Assembly: GCA_013265495.1 (NCBI GenBank)
Contig: MU058769.1
Location: forward strand, 520,477 to 584,476
From: Vicugna vicugna
Lineage: Eukaryota
Length of the DNA: 64,000 nucleotides
Reading direction: 5' to 3'
The notes beneath the pieces are model-generated. The model was not told where the DNA came from. It saw nothing but the letters and a program-made list of their open reading frames with translations, and searched no databases. Shown here piece after piece: positions 41,830-53,433 of the stretch. Each line of letters starts with the position of its first letter. Within the stretch, counting starts at the first letter, position 1. Position numbers and translations under genes: made by a program.

Positions 41830-42540
41830 GTTTTTAGGTCCCACCGCACAGGCCACAGGTGGCTCCAGCCCCCCGCCCGCCGCCCCGCGCCCCCAGCTTC
41901 TCGCCCGCGCTCCCCGCGCACACTCGGGCCTCTCTGGCCTGGGGACCGTCCTTCACGGGAGCCTCGGGCCCCGACCAACAGCCCCCAGTCCCGGCAGCAC
42001 CAGCGCGGGGAACCCAGGCCAGGGGCCTCCGCCCGCCCGGGCCGCCACGCCCCCTCCCCACGGGCCGCCAGCACCGCCCGCCCCCTCGGCCGGGAGGTGG
42101 CCTCACCTCACGCGGGCCGTAGCGGGGAGGGCGCCCGCGTCTCCGCCCGCCGCCCGGGCCCAGGGCTGCTCGGCTGCGGCTCGGAAGGGGAAAGGGGATT
42201 GGGAAGGAGGGGGGAGAGGGGAAGAAAAGGGGGGAAACCAAACCCGGAAAGGGAGAAAAGGGGGGAGGGGGAAACTCAGAAGGGGAAGAAAGGCCCAGAG
42301 TCCGCCCCCTGCTGCGGCCTGCGCGCTACGTCACCACGTCCGGCGCATTCGTCACCGCGTCCTGCGCCCGGCGCGTCCCCGCTTCCTGTGTGCCTCCCTC
42401 CTCGCCCGCGGACGCCCCCTGCTTACTCACCCACCCGGCCCACTCTCGCGCTGCCCTTCCCAGCCCCGCGCACTCGCGCGTACACTCACTCGCTCTCTGG
42501 CTCCCTTCTCGTCACCTATGTCTCAAGCCACCAATCCGAA
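41830..42540. promoter_or_regulatory. R3HDM2: CpG island / promoter of the minus-strand gene divergent from INHBC (R3HDM2 by synteny)
   Basis: Abrupt GC- and CpG-rich block with multiple GC boxes, TGACG half-CRE sites (minus strand), an ETS-type CCGCTTCCTGT near 42379 and CCAAT near 42531. The gene name rests on known order R3HDM2-INHBC-INHBE-GLI1, about 4 kb upstream of INHBC. Confidence 0.8.
42107..42330 (-). other. R3HDM2: Probable non-coding first exon of R3HDM2 (5' end approximate)
   Basis: Minus-strand donor GAG|GTGAGG (plus cctcacctc, 42101-42109) inside the CpG island. I recognised no R3HDM2 coding exon in 1-41.8 kb, which fits a long first intron. Confidence 0.55.
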
Positions 42541-43919
42541 TCCACTGCGACCCTCAGTCCACCTGAAACCCATCAAGCCTGTCAGTGTCACCCTCGATTT
42601 AAACATAATACTAATAACTCTAATTTAGGTTTACCGAGCACTTTCAAAATAGCCTTTCCCTTAGGACAGTAACTCCCGCACACAAAGCTGCGTATGTGCG
42701 GTGAATATTTGTGGTATAAATGAATGAAGATCATGTGGTAGGTAAGTGTCCATTTTTTCCTGATGTAAGGATTTAACTAAATAAATCAGGTTTAAGTCCA
42801 TCCTGTTTAAAAATCACTTCTTACCACCACCACCGCCTAACATACAGTTCTTTTTTTAAGAGGCATCTTAAATTTGCACCCCCCCCATTCTGTCTGTTCG
42901 AGGCAGAATCAATTTATTGATTACATGTATTTGCATCATTTATTGACCAACTCCCTCAAAGAAACCTTGTAGTCTTACATTGATAGAATTCGACCATTAA
43001 ATATTTACTGTGTGACAAGAACTGCAATAGGCAAAAAAAAGAAAGAAAAAGAAAAGAAATCAAATAATTACAGTACAAAATAAGTGCTGTTCAGTGTGCT
43101 ATGGAAACCCAACAAGGAGCAATTACTTCTTAGAGATAAGAGAGATTGAGTAAACTACAGAGAAGCTAGAGGTGTAATTTCAGCTAACCTTCAAGAATGT
43201 AAGTAGGAGTTCATCAGAGAGGCAAGAATGGAGATTCCAGTAAAGTTGTAGAGGTAATTCTTTCCTTCAAGGAATCAGCAAGTTCCAGGTTTTTAATTTG
43301 GAGACACGAGGCAGTGATGGCCAGGAGAAAATAACAGCTAATATTTGTATTATGCATGTATGTATGTTTATAGAGAGATAATCTAGAATATGTAGCATTT
43401 TACATCTATTATTTCAGTTTTATCCTGTAAACAATATATATTATTGTTATATTCATTTTATAAGATAAGGAACCATGAGGCACCAAAGTCACAGATTTTG
43501 AACTCAGACAGTTTTATCTTCAGAGCCTTCTCTTACTCACTACACTATCAGAAGTGTAACTGGAAAAAGCATGTTGCAAAGGACCTGTGTGTCATAATGC
43601 GGAGTGAACCAGTTGGGTCTTTGGGGGACAGATGCAGTAACTGAAGAACAAGTAAGGCAGAAACATGAGGCATCCACCCCTAAGAGAAGCCCTGCTCTCT
43701 TTTGCCCCCTTTTCTCACCTCTTACTCCCCAACTATTTGCCAGAGATAAGGGGAGCAGCTGAAGTCATCTTAGGTTGTAAGAGGTCTGGGAACTACATAC
43801 TCTAATTAAGATATGGACTAAATAGCAATATTACTACTTCCTGCAACCCCAGGATAAGGTTATCATCCAAGAATGAGATTAGGACTATTAAGATGTTAGC
43901 TAGAAGATCAGTCCCTACA

Positions 43920-44115
43920 GGCTGGGATGAGTAGAGTAGGCAGTGACTACTAATGGCTACAAGGTTTCTTTGGGGGTGATGAAAATATTCTTAAATTAGT
44001 TAGTGGTGATGGTTGCACAACTCTGTGAACGTACTAAAAACCTCTGAATTTTACACTCTAAAAGGTGAATCTTATGCGAATTATGTTTCAATAAAAACCT
44101 TATTTTATAAATAAA
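43920..44115 (+). mobile_element. L1MB-like 3' terminal fragment
   Basis: gtttctttgggggtgatgaaaatattct...gtggtgatggttgcacaactctgtga...caataaa. Confidence 0.8.
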
Positions 44116-44569
44116 TAAATTTATACTAGAAACTAAATAACAAATCCACCTCTACCACAGCCCTTAAAAAATAGGGAAAAAAATCAGCCCCTGTAGAATA
44201 GAGCTAAGAAATTGTAACACACAAAAATTCAGTCAAGGTGACTTGAGTGTAACTTCTGAGAACCAGCCAGTATCCTAACATTTATTCATTCAATAAGTGT
44301 GTTTTAAGCACCTATATTATAGGTACTGTGTGCAGTACTAGGAATACAATGGTAAGCAGCAGAGAAGACTCGCTAAGTGACTGCACTACAGATGGTGATT
44401 AGGGGCATGGCATCTAAGAAAGGAGAGTCCAGAAGGGCAAACATTGGCAGAATTTCTTCAGCACACCAAGAATAGTAAACTTGTATTAAGCACTTACTCT
44501 GGGCCTGTCAGTGTAAGTGCTTTACTAAATGATTTAAAACTCAAAACTCTCAGATAATCATTATAATCT

Positions 44570-45058
44570 ATAATTCCATATTCAAAATCCATACAGCCAG
44601 GAATGTTTCATAATTCAGAAAATTTCAAGTTTTAGAAAGGTAACATAGTACATTATGCTGTATATTATATACCACTCCTAGGGGTAGCATCCCATAATCA
44701 AATAATATTTCTGTAAACATGTTTGTGCTATATAGCACAGGGAACTATATTCAATATCATGTAGTAACTTACAGTGAAAAATAATATGAAAACGAATATA
44801 TATATGTTCATGTATAACTGAAGCATTGTGCTGTACACCAGAAATTGATACAACATTGTAAACTGACTATACTTCAATAAAAAACGTATATATACAAAAA
44901 TATGTATTTCTGGAGTGAAAACGTATGAATAGTCTCCAGTATGATTTTTTAAAGACCGTAGACAACCTCACTCCTCTTCAGGTCAGCTTTAGTCACCATA
45001 TGAGCTACCCCCAAAAATGTATGAATTACAGGGGTTTTTGAATTTTAGAATTGTAGGC
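44570..45058. mobile_element. MER46C/Tigger4-like DNA transposon (inside a MIR), containing a young L1 3' end at ~44714-44900
   Basis: gtttcataattcagaa...ttttagaaaggtaa...atatttctg|L1|gaaaacgtatgaata...ttcaggtcag. MIR pieces lie at ~44470-44565 and ~45060-45200. Confidence 0.65.
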
Positions 45059-45380
45059 AATCATTTTCCCCATTTCTCTGATGAAGAAATTGAAGAGAGG
45101 TCAAGTAACTTGCCCACAGGCACACAGCTAATAAAAGGAAGAGAGTATTTTAACCAAGGCCATCTGGCTTGAAAACGTATGCTCCTAACTCCACCTGCCC
45201 ACTCCTGCCAGGTAAATCCCTGCTATGGATGTAATGGCCTTGACCTGAGATCCACTGCTCAGGAACATTTTGGGGAGAGAACCAGGAATTCTGAGAAATC
45301 TCAGAATTTATTTTCTTAAACAAAAGAAACCCCCAAGGGTGAGGAACTCTAGCTCTCAAGCTCCCTTCCCACTTTCCAAC

Positions 45381-45470
45381 TTCCCTGTGACCTGGAAGAC
45401 CTGGCTAGAACACTTCCCTTCCTCCTTCCCTCTGACCCGGAAGACCTGGCTAGAACACTTCCCTTCCTCC
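45381..45470. repeat. Tandem duplication, 2 x 45 bp (43/45 identical)
   Basis: TTCCCT(G/C)TGACC(T/C)GGAAGACCTGGCTAGAACACTTCCCTTCCTCC at 45381-45425 and 45426-45470. Confidence 0.95.
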
Positions 45471-45699
45471 AACTTAACCTTCACGCTGGATGATTTTGAG
45501 CTCCAGTGGGCAAAACCTAACCCAGGGCTAGCAAAAGAATCTGGACTGTGAGCCTCTGGGAGGGAGGAAAGTGGGGTAGAGCTTTGAGAAGGACCAACTC
45601 TCAACAACCTGCATGACAATGACCGACAGTGTCCTGCCAATGACAACCTCTTGTTTGAAAGTCATCCTTTAGCATTCTATATTAAAACCTCTGGTCTCT

Positions 45700-46103
45700 T
45701 CCATTCCCCCCACCCAAGCTTCCCAGCAAGGCCGTTGATCTGAAGAGGAATTTCATCTCTAACCTTTGTCCAGAGGCCTGGCAGCTCACGTGGGTAACCC
45801 ACTGTCTCCCAAAGTTGGCCCAAGGACATTTCTTTCCCCAAACAAACCAACCTCCCTTCACATCCCCCATTCTGTACTTCACTGACTATGTGGCTTCTGC
45901 CAAGTTCTGCTGTAACTGGCTTCATCTCTCAAGTCGGATGTTTGACTGTTCTATCCCATGCAACCAGGAGGCATGCCAGCTGGACACACTTTCCTTCCGG
46001 GCCCCTGGCAGACGGGAGCCGAGACCACAGCTAGAGAGACCCTGAGCCTGAAGGTTTGTGGCTCTGTCTCAGCTGTGTTGCTTAAGGAGGGCTTGCCCCA
46101 GCA
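45700..46103 (+). promoter_or_regulatory. INHBC: INHBC proximal promoter / 5'UTR with liver-type motifs
   Basis: DR1/HNF4-like TAACCTTTGTCCA at 45760-45772, E-box CACGTG at 45787-45792 and FOXA-like TGTTTGAC at 45939-45946, all immediately upstream of the ATG. INHBC is known to be liver-enriched. Confidence 0.55.
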
Positions 46104-46416
46104 ATGATCTCCTCATTGCTCCTGGCCTTCCTATTCCTGGCTCTGGCCACAGTGACCACTCCCAGAGCTGACAGTCAGTGTCTGGCATGTGGAAGGCCTG
46201 CCCTGGACCTGGAGAGTCAGCGGGAGCTGCTTCTTAACCTGGCCAAAAGAAGCATCTTGGACAAGCTGCACCTCAGCCAGCGTCCAACACTGAAGCGACC
46301 TGTGTCCAGAGCTGCTCTGAGGACCGCACTGCAGTGTCTCCCTGGGCCCTCGCAGGGAGCGCTTCCAGAGGCTGACAGGGGACAGGAATATGAGATCATC
46401 AGCTTTGCTGAGACAG
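46104..46416 (+). CDS. INHBC: Inhibin/activin beta-C, coding exon 1 (signal peptide + N-terminal prodomain)
   Basis: ATG at 46104. Encodes the hydrophobic signal MISSLLLAFLFLALA, a CxxC motif and LAKRSILDKLHLSQRP...EIISFAETG. Donor ACAG|GTGGGT after 46416; 313 nt, phase-1 intron. Confidence 0.97.
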
Positions 46417-47379
46417 GTGGGTTCTTGGTCTGTAGATCTTCCCCCAAACCCAATCTGTTTATGAAAGGAAAACTTTCCTCCCCAACCTAACCCCTGACTT
46501 TCTCCCCAAAACCATCCCAAGTCTCACCTCTCACAGCCTGTAATCTCCTAATCATAGGCTCCCATCCCCCAGGTTCTCTCTTGTAGTTTTGACCTGACCA
46601 ATGGGCAGCTGAGACGTAGATAAGTTTCATTTCTTTTAAGACCGCCTTCCCCTCTCTCCTCTGGCTCCTCTGCAGGCCCCACAAACTTCCACAGGCTGTG
46701 ATGTGAGCCCATCCACTTCCTGGGCCTGGACCCAGGGTCTGGGAGCTGGAGAGTCTGTCCTCCCTCGGGCCCCAGGATCCAGCCTCTCCTTTCCCCTCTC
46801 CCCCAGATGCCTCATGTGGGTAAAGGGAGAAAAGTAAAACATCAAGATTGGCATACTTCTCCAACCTACCCTTGCCCTCTTGCCTTAATACCTTGGGGTC
46901 CCCACATCAGAACAGGGCGAAAATGGGACTCAGAAAAGTAGATAAAGGATGGAGGATAGAGAAGAGAGATTTCCTTTCACAGAGGGGAGAGGAGTTAGAG
47001 AATTTAGTTGGCAGCTCAAGAGATCAAGAGTTCAGGGGCAGGATTCAAGAAACAGAACACAAAGTGATCTGTCTGGCCTCTGAGCTACTTGCAAGCTCTG
47101 TCTTAGGTGTGACAAGCACATCCCATTCCTGGCGCCTTTCCCCTGGTCAGCATCTACTCCCTTCAAGACCAAGCACTCCTATCCTCAAAAACCCTCCCTG
47201 ACCTGAGGGTGAGGGGCTCCCTCGCTGGTGGCCCTCACACCCTTACCCTGAACCTGATCCCTCCTTGTGGAATTGCCTTGTTTCCAGATTTTCTGTGAAG
47301 TGTGTCTTCCCATAGTCTGTAACCCCTTAAGGTCCGGAACTGTCACTTATACCTCATGTTATCATCAGAGGCTAGTGTG

Positions 47380-47625
47380 TAGTAGAAATCACTGACACTT
47401 ATACAATGCTTAATGTGTTCGGAGCCTTTTACATACATGTTAACTCCTTGAGATCCTCACAATAAGCCAGTGAAGCAAATACTGTCATTATCCCCATTTT
47501 AGAGGTGATGAAACTGAGGCTTAAGGGGTTGAGTAACTAGCCCAAGGTCACATGACTGGGAAGTGGTAGAGCCAGGCAGTCTAAGTCTGAAATCCATGAC
47601 CTTGACCGCTATACCACTCTGCCAC
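47380..47625 (-). mobile_element. MIR SINE in the INHBC intron (further MIRs at ~47700-47890 + and ~48315-48440 -)
   Basis: attatccccattttagaggtgatgaaactgaggctt...gcccaaggtcaca. Confidence 0.8.
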
Positions 47626-48689
47626 CACACCACGCTGAAGGTCAGTTTGACCACAGTCTAGAGTCCTCAGTGATGAATAAGACTGTATTCTATTTCAGAA
47701 GGGGGTTTCTGCTCATGATTAAGAACACAAACTCTGGAGCCAGATAAACTGGGCTCACATCCCTGCTCAGCCACTTATTACTATGTGAGCTGAGTTGTTA
47801 ATAGTCAACTTTCTTTATTTGCAAAATAGAGATAATGAAAAGATAGTTGAGAGACTTAAGTGAGCTACAGGTAATGCACCTAGAAAGAATAAGATGGGAG
47901 CAAACTGGAACAGAAGACTCGGCTCCTGCCCAACAGGGTTTAGTTGTTGCTCCTAGGAATAAACTACTTAGAATATAAGGCAGAATGAAATAAATGCTGG
48001 ATGAGAGCACAGGAGCTTGATGGACGAAAGTAATTCTTTGGGACCTGGTAAGACAGGGTAGTCTTTCAGAAGAAGATTGCAAATAGGCTGGTGTCGTAGA
48101 ATAAGTTTAACTTCACTGGGTAGAAAATGGTAAACAACATCCTAAATGGAGGGAAAAACATGAGTAAAAGTCTGAAGAAGTAGTTTAGAGTTGAAAAGTA
48201 GTTTGGAGTGGATAAGCACAAGGTGGACAAATGGCCATGAGCCATGAGTCCCTTTAACACCAAAATCCTGCTTGATGTTTTTTCACCTTTGTGTCCCTGA
48301 CACTTAGCCCAATTCCCATTTTAAGAATGCAGAAACTGAAACTCAAAGAAGATCATTTAACATGGCCAAGGTCATACAGCTTACAACAGGCAGAATTCAA
48401 ACACAGTTCTCTCTGACTTCAAAGTCTATATACTTTCCACATATTTGCTAATCAATGAATGAACACAGCATTCAGGCTGGAGGAGGCATGACCTGAAATG
48501 AAGTTCGGAGGTGAGAATGATTGATGCCTGGATTCTACCTTTTACATTTAAATATTTTGGTTTGAAGTTTTAATTCCAATTTAAGCTGTCATCTACATCC
48601 TAATGTGAAAGAAAGATCTGAGAATTGTTCTTGCTGGAGATTTGACAAGAGAGAGCGTGGAGCTTTGGGGAAACTAGGGTAGGGGCCTT

Positions 48690-48893
48690 CAGTGGTGTCT
48701 CGGAACTGGCTCACTCTGGCTCATGAACGCTGATGGCGAACATCTCCCAACTTGCATCTAGTGACCTCACATTGATAGTTTAAAGTTGGCCATGGTGGGA
48801 AAATTTATACCACAGAAATTGGCAAACACTACAAATCAGGGCTTTTTCTTCCCTCTGGAATCCAGTTGCTCAATGTTTACCAGCACACCACTG
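48690..48893. mobile_element. hAT MITE (MER63-like)
   Basis: TIRs CAGTGGTGT ... ACACCACTG; internal gaaattggcaaacactacaaatcagggc. Confidence 0.7.
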
Positions 48894-48894
48894 C

Positions 48895-50590
48895 CTATGA
48901 CCTAAAAATTCAAGTTATCTGCCTCCCACAGCTAACATACAACGCGGAGACAGGAACAGGGTAACCACAATAGACACTCCTTTCCAAAATGGAGGGTGGG
49001 GGAGGGAGACACAGAGCAGCCAATGGTCCATTAAAATTTTGATATCCAGCCTGGTACCTATCTCGGTCTACCTCAAGTTCAGAATCCCTTTGGTTGCGGC
49101 CTGGATGTGTGCCCTGGTAGGGTTTTCCTCTCTTAAGGAGAACCCACAGTGCTCTCCTGGGCTTCTGGATCCACTCTCTTAACCTTTAATGCCACCCTCT
49201 GAGATATCTTTCCTCTTAAACAGGAAATGACCTGTGTTTGTGACTGAGTGGTTTTCTTAGCCTAAATCTCCCCTGAAGAGGTTGAGAGCCCCTCAGAGAC
49301 CTCTTTTCGTTTTGAGTTGTCTCTGTCCCTTTTAGTTCAGTTGTGCTGCTTTCACTATTAAAATTCTCTTTAACACTCTGTGAGCTTCTAAATAATCAAT
49401 TATAGTCTACTCAATTAGACAAAAGGCAAGCTACTGTATCAAGACAGACCCCTCTTTGGACTATAAGTCAAGATGTTGTGGAAGAACACTCAAGATTTTT
49501 AGAAGCCCTTTTGCCCAGTTGAGAGGGTCTACAGAACAACATCTTAAATTTTAGATCTTAACAAAGATGTTAGATCTTAACAAAGGCTCTTGCAGTTGAC
49601 CCTTTGTTGTTTGGATCTTCATTCTGAGGCCGTGTTTTATTGACAGTGCCCTGGATTTGATTTTTGCCCTGAGATGGTTTCTTAGTTTGAGAACCTTTTG
49701 CCAGACAGAGAGTTGAGGAATGAAAAAATATTTTATTGTTCAATCTAGCAAGTCCTATTGGAAATGTTTTCTCTAAATTCTGCTTGAAAATTGAACAGTT
49801 CCTTTTTTAGTTCATCTCACTCCTGAAATGCCTTATCATAGGAAGCCAAAATAAGCCAGTTGACACTTTCAGCATTCTGCCTGGAAATATCTTTAGCTAA
49901 ATTCACAACTTTGTTAGATACCATTTCTAGCTTCCAAGTTGCCACAGCCGATAGCCAGTACATAACACAGGTTCCCCTTTCCCCAGCTTCCAATAGCAAT
50001 TTCCTCACTGCTCTTCCTGCCTTCACCAGCAGTCTCCTGCCATCCTTCCAACCTCTGTCTGCCACCCAGTCCCAAGGCCAATGCCACATATTTTAGGTCT
50101 TTGCTCTGGAGTACCTCACTTCTGATACTAATTTGTTTCAGTTATCCATTAATATAACAAATCAGCCCAAACATTGAGGCTTAAATCAAACAAACAAAAA
50201 TTCAATATTTTTCATGGTTGTGTGGTTTAACTGGGCTTATCTGGGCCCTTCTTTGGCTCCCTGTCATGTAGCTGAGGTCACTCACGCAGCTGCATTCAGC
50301 TAGGGGCTCAGAGGGGGCTAGAACATCTAAGAGTCTCCCTCCACATGGCTTCTCATCATTCAGCACTCTAGCCCAAGCTGCTTTAAAGCACAGTGGCTGG
50401 CTTCCAAGAGAAGGAAGCTTCAAGGTGTAAGTACTCACTAAGTTTCTGCTTGTACTATGCTTGCCTATGTCTCATTGGCCAAATCAAGTCACATGCCATG
50501 CCCAGAGTTAATATGAGAAGGGATTGTACCAATCCATGTATATTGGGAGGTGTTGTTCATTAGGGGCCAACAATATAATAATCTACCACA
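48895..50590 (-). mobile_element. MaLR (MLT1-type) internal remnant plus LTR (~50130-50590)
   Basis: ccacccagtcccaaggccaatgccacatattttagg (MaLR-int) followed by an LTR ending cattggccaaatcaagtcacatg...aatctaccaca. Confidence 0.7.
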
Positions 50591-51209
50591 GCCCTGGCTG
50601 GTCATGTGTCTGCCTGCCATAACTGGGGTGACTTAAGAGGTTCTAATGGTAGGGTGTTTCGTGACCTAACAAGAAAAAATTAGCTGGACCAATCAGAGTT
50701 TTCTTGGATTTTGGAGTTAGGAACTGGAAAATCAGCTCACTTAGCTAGGAGGAGCTAAGTAAAAGATTCTGTAGACTCAGGAGCTGGGGTCACCATTCCA
50801 GGACCTGAGAAAGCTGACAAAGAGGCAGAAGAGGTAGACCCACAGAAAGAGAAGAATGGAGTAGATTTACGTAGGGAGACTGAGATGAGAGGCATCTTGT
50901 TGGCTCTGAGAGCTGACAAGAGCAAGCTTATTCCAGACCTTCCAGTTCACGCAAAGCCTAGTTGAACTTTATTTTCTGTTCTTTTATGCCCATGAGAGTA
51001 TCAGTGGCATTCCTACAAAAAAGCATCCTTTACTTAAAAAAGCAAATAAGGGTAGCCTAGGCCAAATCATAATGAGCATTTAATTGACTCCTAAAAGAGT
51101 TTGGGCTTTATTCACCAATAAGTATTTTGAAACCATGAATTTTATGACCTAGCTTTTTTGGAAAATAATTCTGGCATCAGTGTAAAATAAAAATTAAAGA
51201 AATGAAAAG

Positions 51210-52560
51210 CCATTCATTCAACAAATGTTTATTGAGTGCCTACTATGTGGTAGATACATAAGGATACAATGGTGAACCATACAGGCACAATCTTTATCTT
51301 AATGGAGTTTACATTCTAGCAGCTGGGGCAGGGGGATGTCGAGGGGGTGGAAAAGCATATAGTAAACAAATGAGCAAAAAAACCAAGGTGGTCACAGAGA
51401 GTGATATTGGCTATGAAGACAGTTAAGCAGGATGATGTATTAAAAAGACAGAGGTAGAGTTAAAGGCAGCTTTAGACTGGTTAGTCCCCTGGAGAGGAGA
51501 ATTTGAGCTGAAGGCCAAAAAGGAGCCAGTCATCCAAAGACCTTGGAAAGACATTCCAGGCAGGCAGAATAGCAAGTGGAAAGGCCATGAGGTGGGTCCA
51601 CGATTGGTGAGTTCAAGGAACGGGAAAAAGTCTGGTATAGGTAGAATACAGTCATGAAATGGAAGAATGCCTAATTATGCAAATTTTTTATGTTAAAGAG
51701 TTTAGATTTTATTCAAATAGTAATGGGAAGATTTTAAAGGGTTTTAAGCTGAGAGGATTAAACTGATCAGATTTATGTCATAAAAAGATCACTCTGGCTG
51801 ATATGTGAAGAATTGTTCTGGGGTCAAGAGTGAACCAGTTGGCAAGCTATTGCCATAATATGAGAAAAAGATGATTGTGGATTGAACTAATGTGTGGTAG
51901 AGGAGGTAGGGAAAAGTGAAATGATATTATGAACTGGAGGTAGAGTTGACAGATCTGCAGATAATTTCAAAGTAAGGGGTGAGGGCAAGCAAGGCTTTTA
52001 CAGGAAAGGGAAGATTGGAAAAGGAATAGGTTTTGGTTGGGGGAGATAAATCTAGAGTTCTTTGAACATGAAAACTTTGAGATAGCATTGGTTATCCAAG
52101 TGGAATATCAGACCAACAGCTGGATATACTAGTCTGAAGCTCAGGGAGAGGTCAGAGCCAGGGATTTATACCTGGGAGTCATCAGCCTATAGATGGAATT
52201 GAAAGAGAGGAATTGATGTCTCGTTTTGGGAGAGAGTATAGATAGAGAAGAGAAGGGGGCTCAGGACCTCCAACATTTAGAGGTCAGGCAGAAGAAGAGA
52301 AGCTGTCAGCAGAGAAGACCAAGATGAAGTAGCTAGAATCATGAGAGCTAAGAGAAGCAAATATTTCAAGAAGGAGGGGATGGTTAACTGTGTCAAACAC
52401 TGCTTAAAGGCCAAGTAAGATGAATAGAAAGAGATTAAAGCATTGGATTTGGCAACATGGAAGTATTAGTGATCCTGACAAGAGAATTTCAGTGAAGTGG
52501 AGGGAATAGAAACCCAATTAATGTGTTTTAAAAGAGGAGGTGAGGGATGTAGAGGGGAAA
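51210..52560 (-). mobile_element. L2 remnant in the INHBC intron
   Basis: cattcattcaacaaatgtttattgagtgcctactatgtg (L2 3' end) and cattggatttggcaacatgga. Confidence 0.85.
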
Positions 52561-52722
52561 TTGGGCAGTAGTAATAGGTATAGAAAGAAATGAATAGCCA
52601 TTAGAACCATTGTGGTGAGGGACTAGATGTGGCGAGTGAGGGAGGTGATCATAGGGTTTCTAGAAGTAATAAGGATAGCGGTGCCACCAATTCTAAGAAC
52701 AGAAACAGAAGTATATAGGGAG

Positions 52723-52928
52723 TTGGGGAGGGTATAGTCAGTGGTAGAGTGCATGCTTAGCATGCACGAGGTCCTGGGTTCTATCCCTGGTACCTCCATT
52801 AAATAAATAAATAAATAAACCTAATTCCTCCCCCTCCCCGCAAAAACAAAAAAAAAAAAGAAAGAAAAGAGAAGAAAAATTAGCCAAAAGGGGGGGGGGC
52901 ATGTAGAAAAAGAAGAGTGAAAAAAAAA
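52723..52928 (+). mobile_element. tRNA-Ala-derived SINE with extra 3' segment
   Basis: ggggagggtatagtcagtggtagagtgcatgcttagcatgcacgaggtcctgggttc. Perfect 16-bp TSD AGAAGTATATAGGGAG at 52707-52722 / 52929-52944. Confidence 0.9.
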
Positions 52929-53433
52929 AGAAGTATATAGGGAGAAAAATAATGATTTCCCTTGGGATAAATTGATTCTAATATGCCAACAGGACACGCA
53001 TGTAATAAAATTAAGCGATTAGAAGTTTAGGCCTGAAGCTTGGTGATTCCCAAGATGCAAAATGGCCTAGACTGGACATATAGATTTAGGAATCACCAGC
53101 ATAAACTGTGTCGACTGACTGTGAGTGTGGACCAGAGTTCCCCTCTGTAGAGTAGAGTAAAAGTGAAGGTCAGCAATAGACCTTGGAGAACTCTTACACT
53201 GAAGGGATGATCAGAGAAGGAAAAGCCAGCAAAGAAAATTAAGGAAGAATCATAAGAGAGTTGTGTCATGAAAGCCAAAGGAGAAAAGATTTTCAAGAAG
53301 AAAAGGGTGGTTAACAATGCCAACAATGTGGTCAAGAAGAAACTAAGGGAGTTCAAGTATGCTGAGAACAGATAGGTGTTGGTAGAATTGACACTCAGAA
53401 GACCACAGTGACAGGGGCTTCTTGTGTCCACAG

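Noticed and set aside
42097..42672. 191-aa ORF and overlapping ORFs in the CpG island
   Set aside because: Low-complexity Pro/Arg/Gly translation with a non-ATG start, as expected from stop-poor GC-rich DNA.
46417..46490. C-terminal tail of the 128-aa INHBC exon-1 ORF
   Set aside because: Read-through past the GT donor into the intron.
49551..49585. Short tandem duplications (also 54345-54384 and ~23068-23102)
   Set aside because: Ordinary 16-20 bp slippage events with only two copies and no spacer structure; not CRISPR-like.
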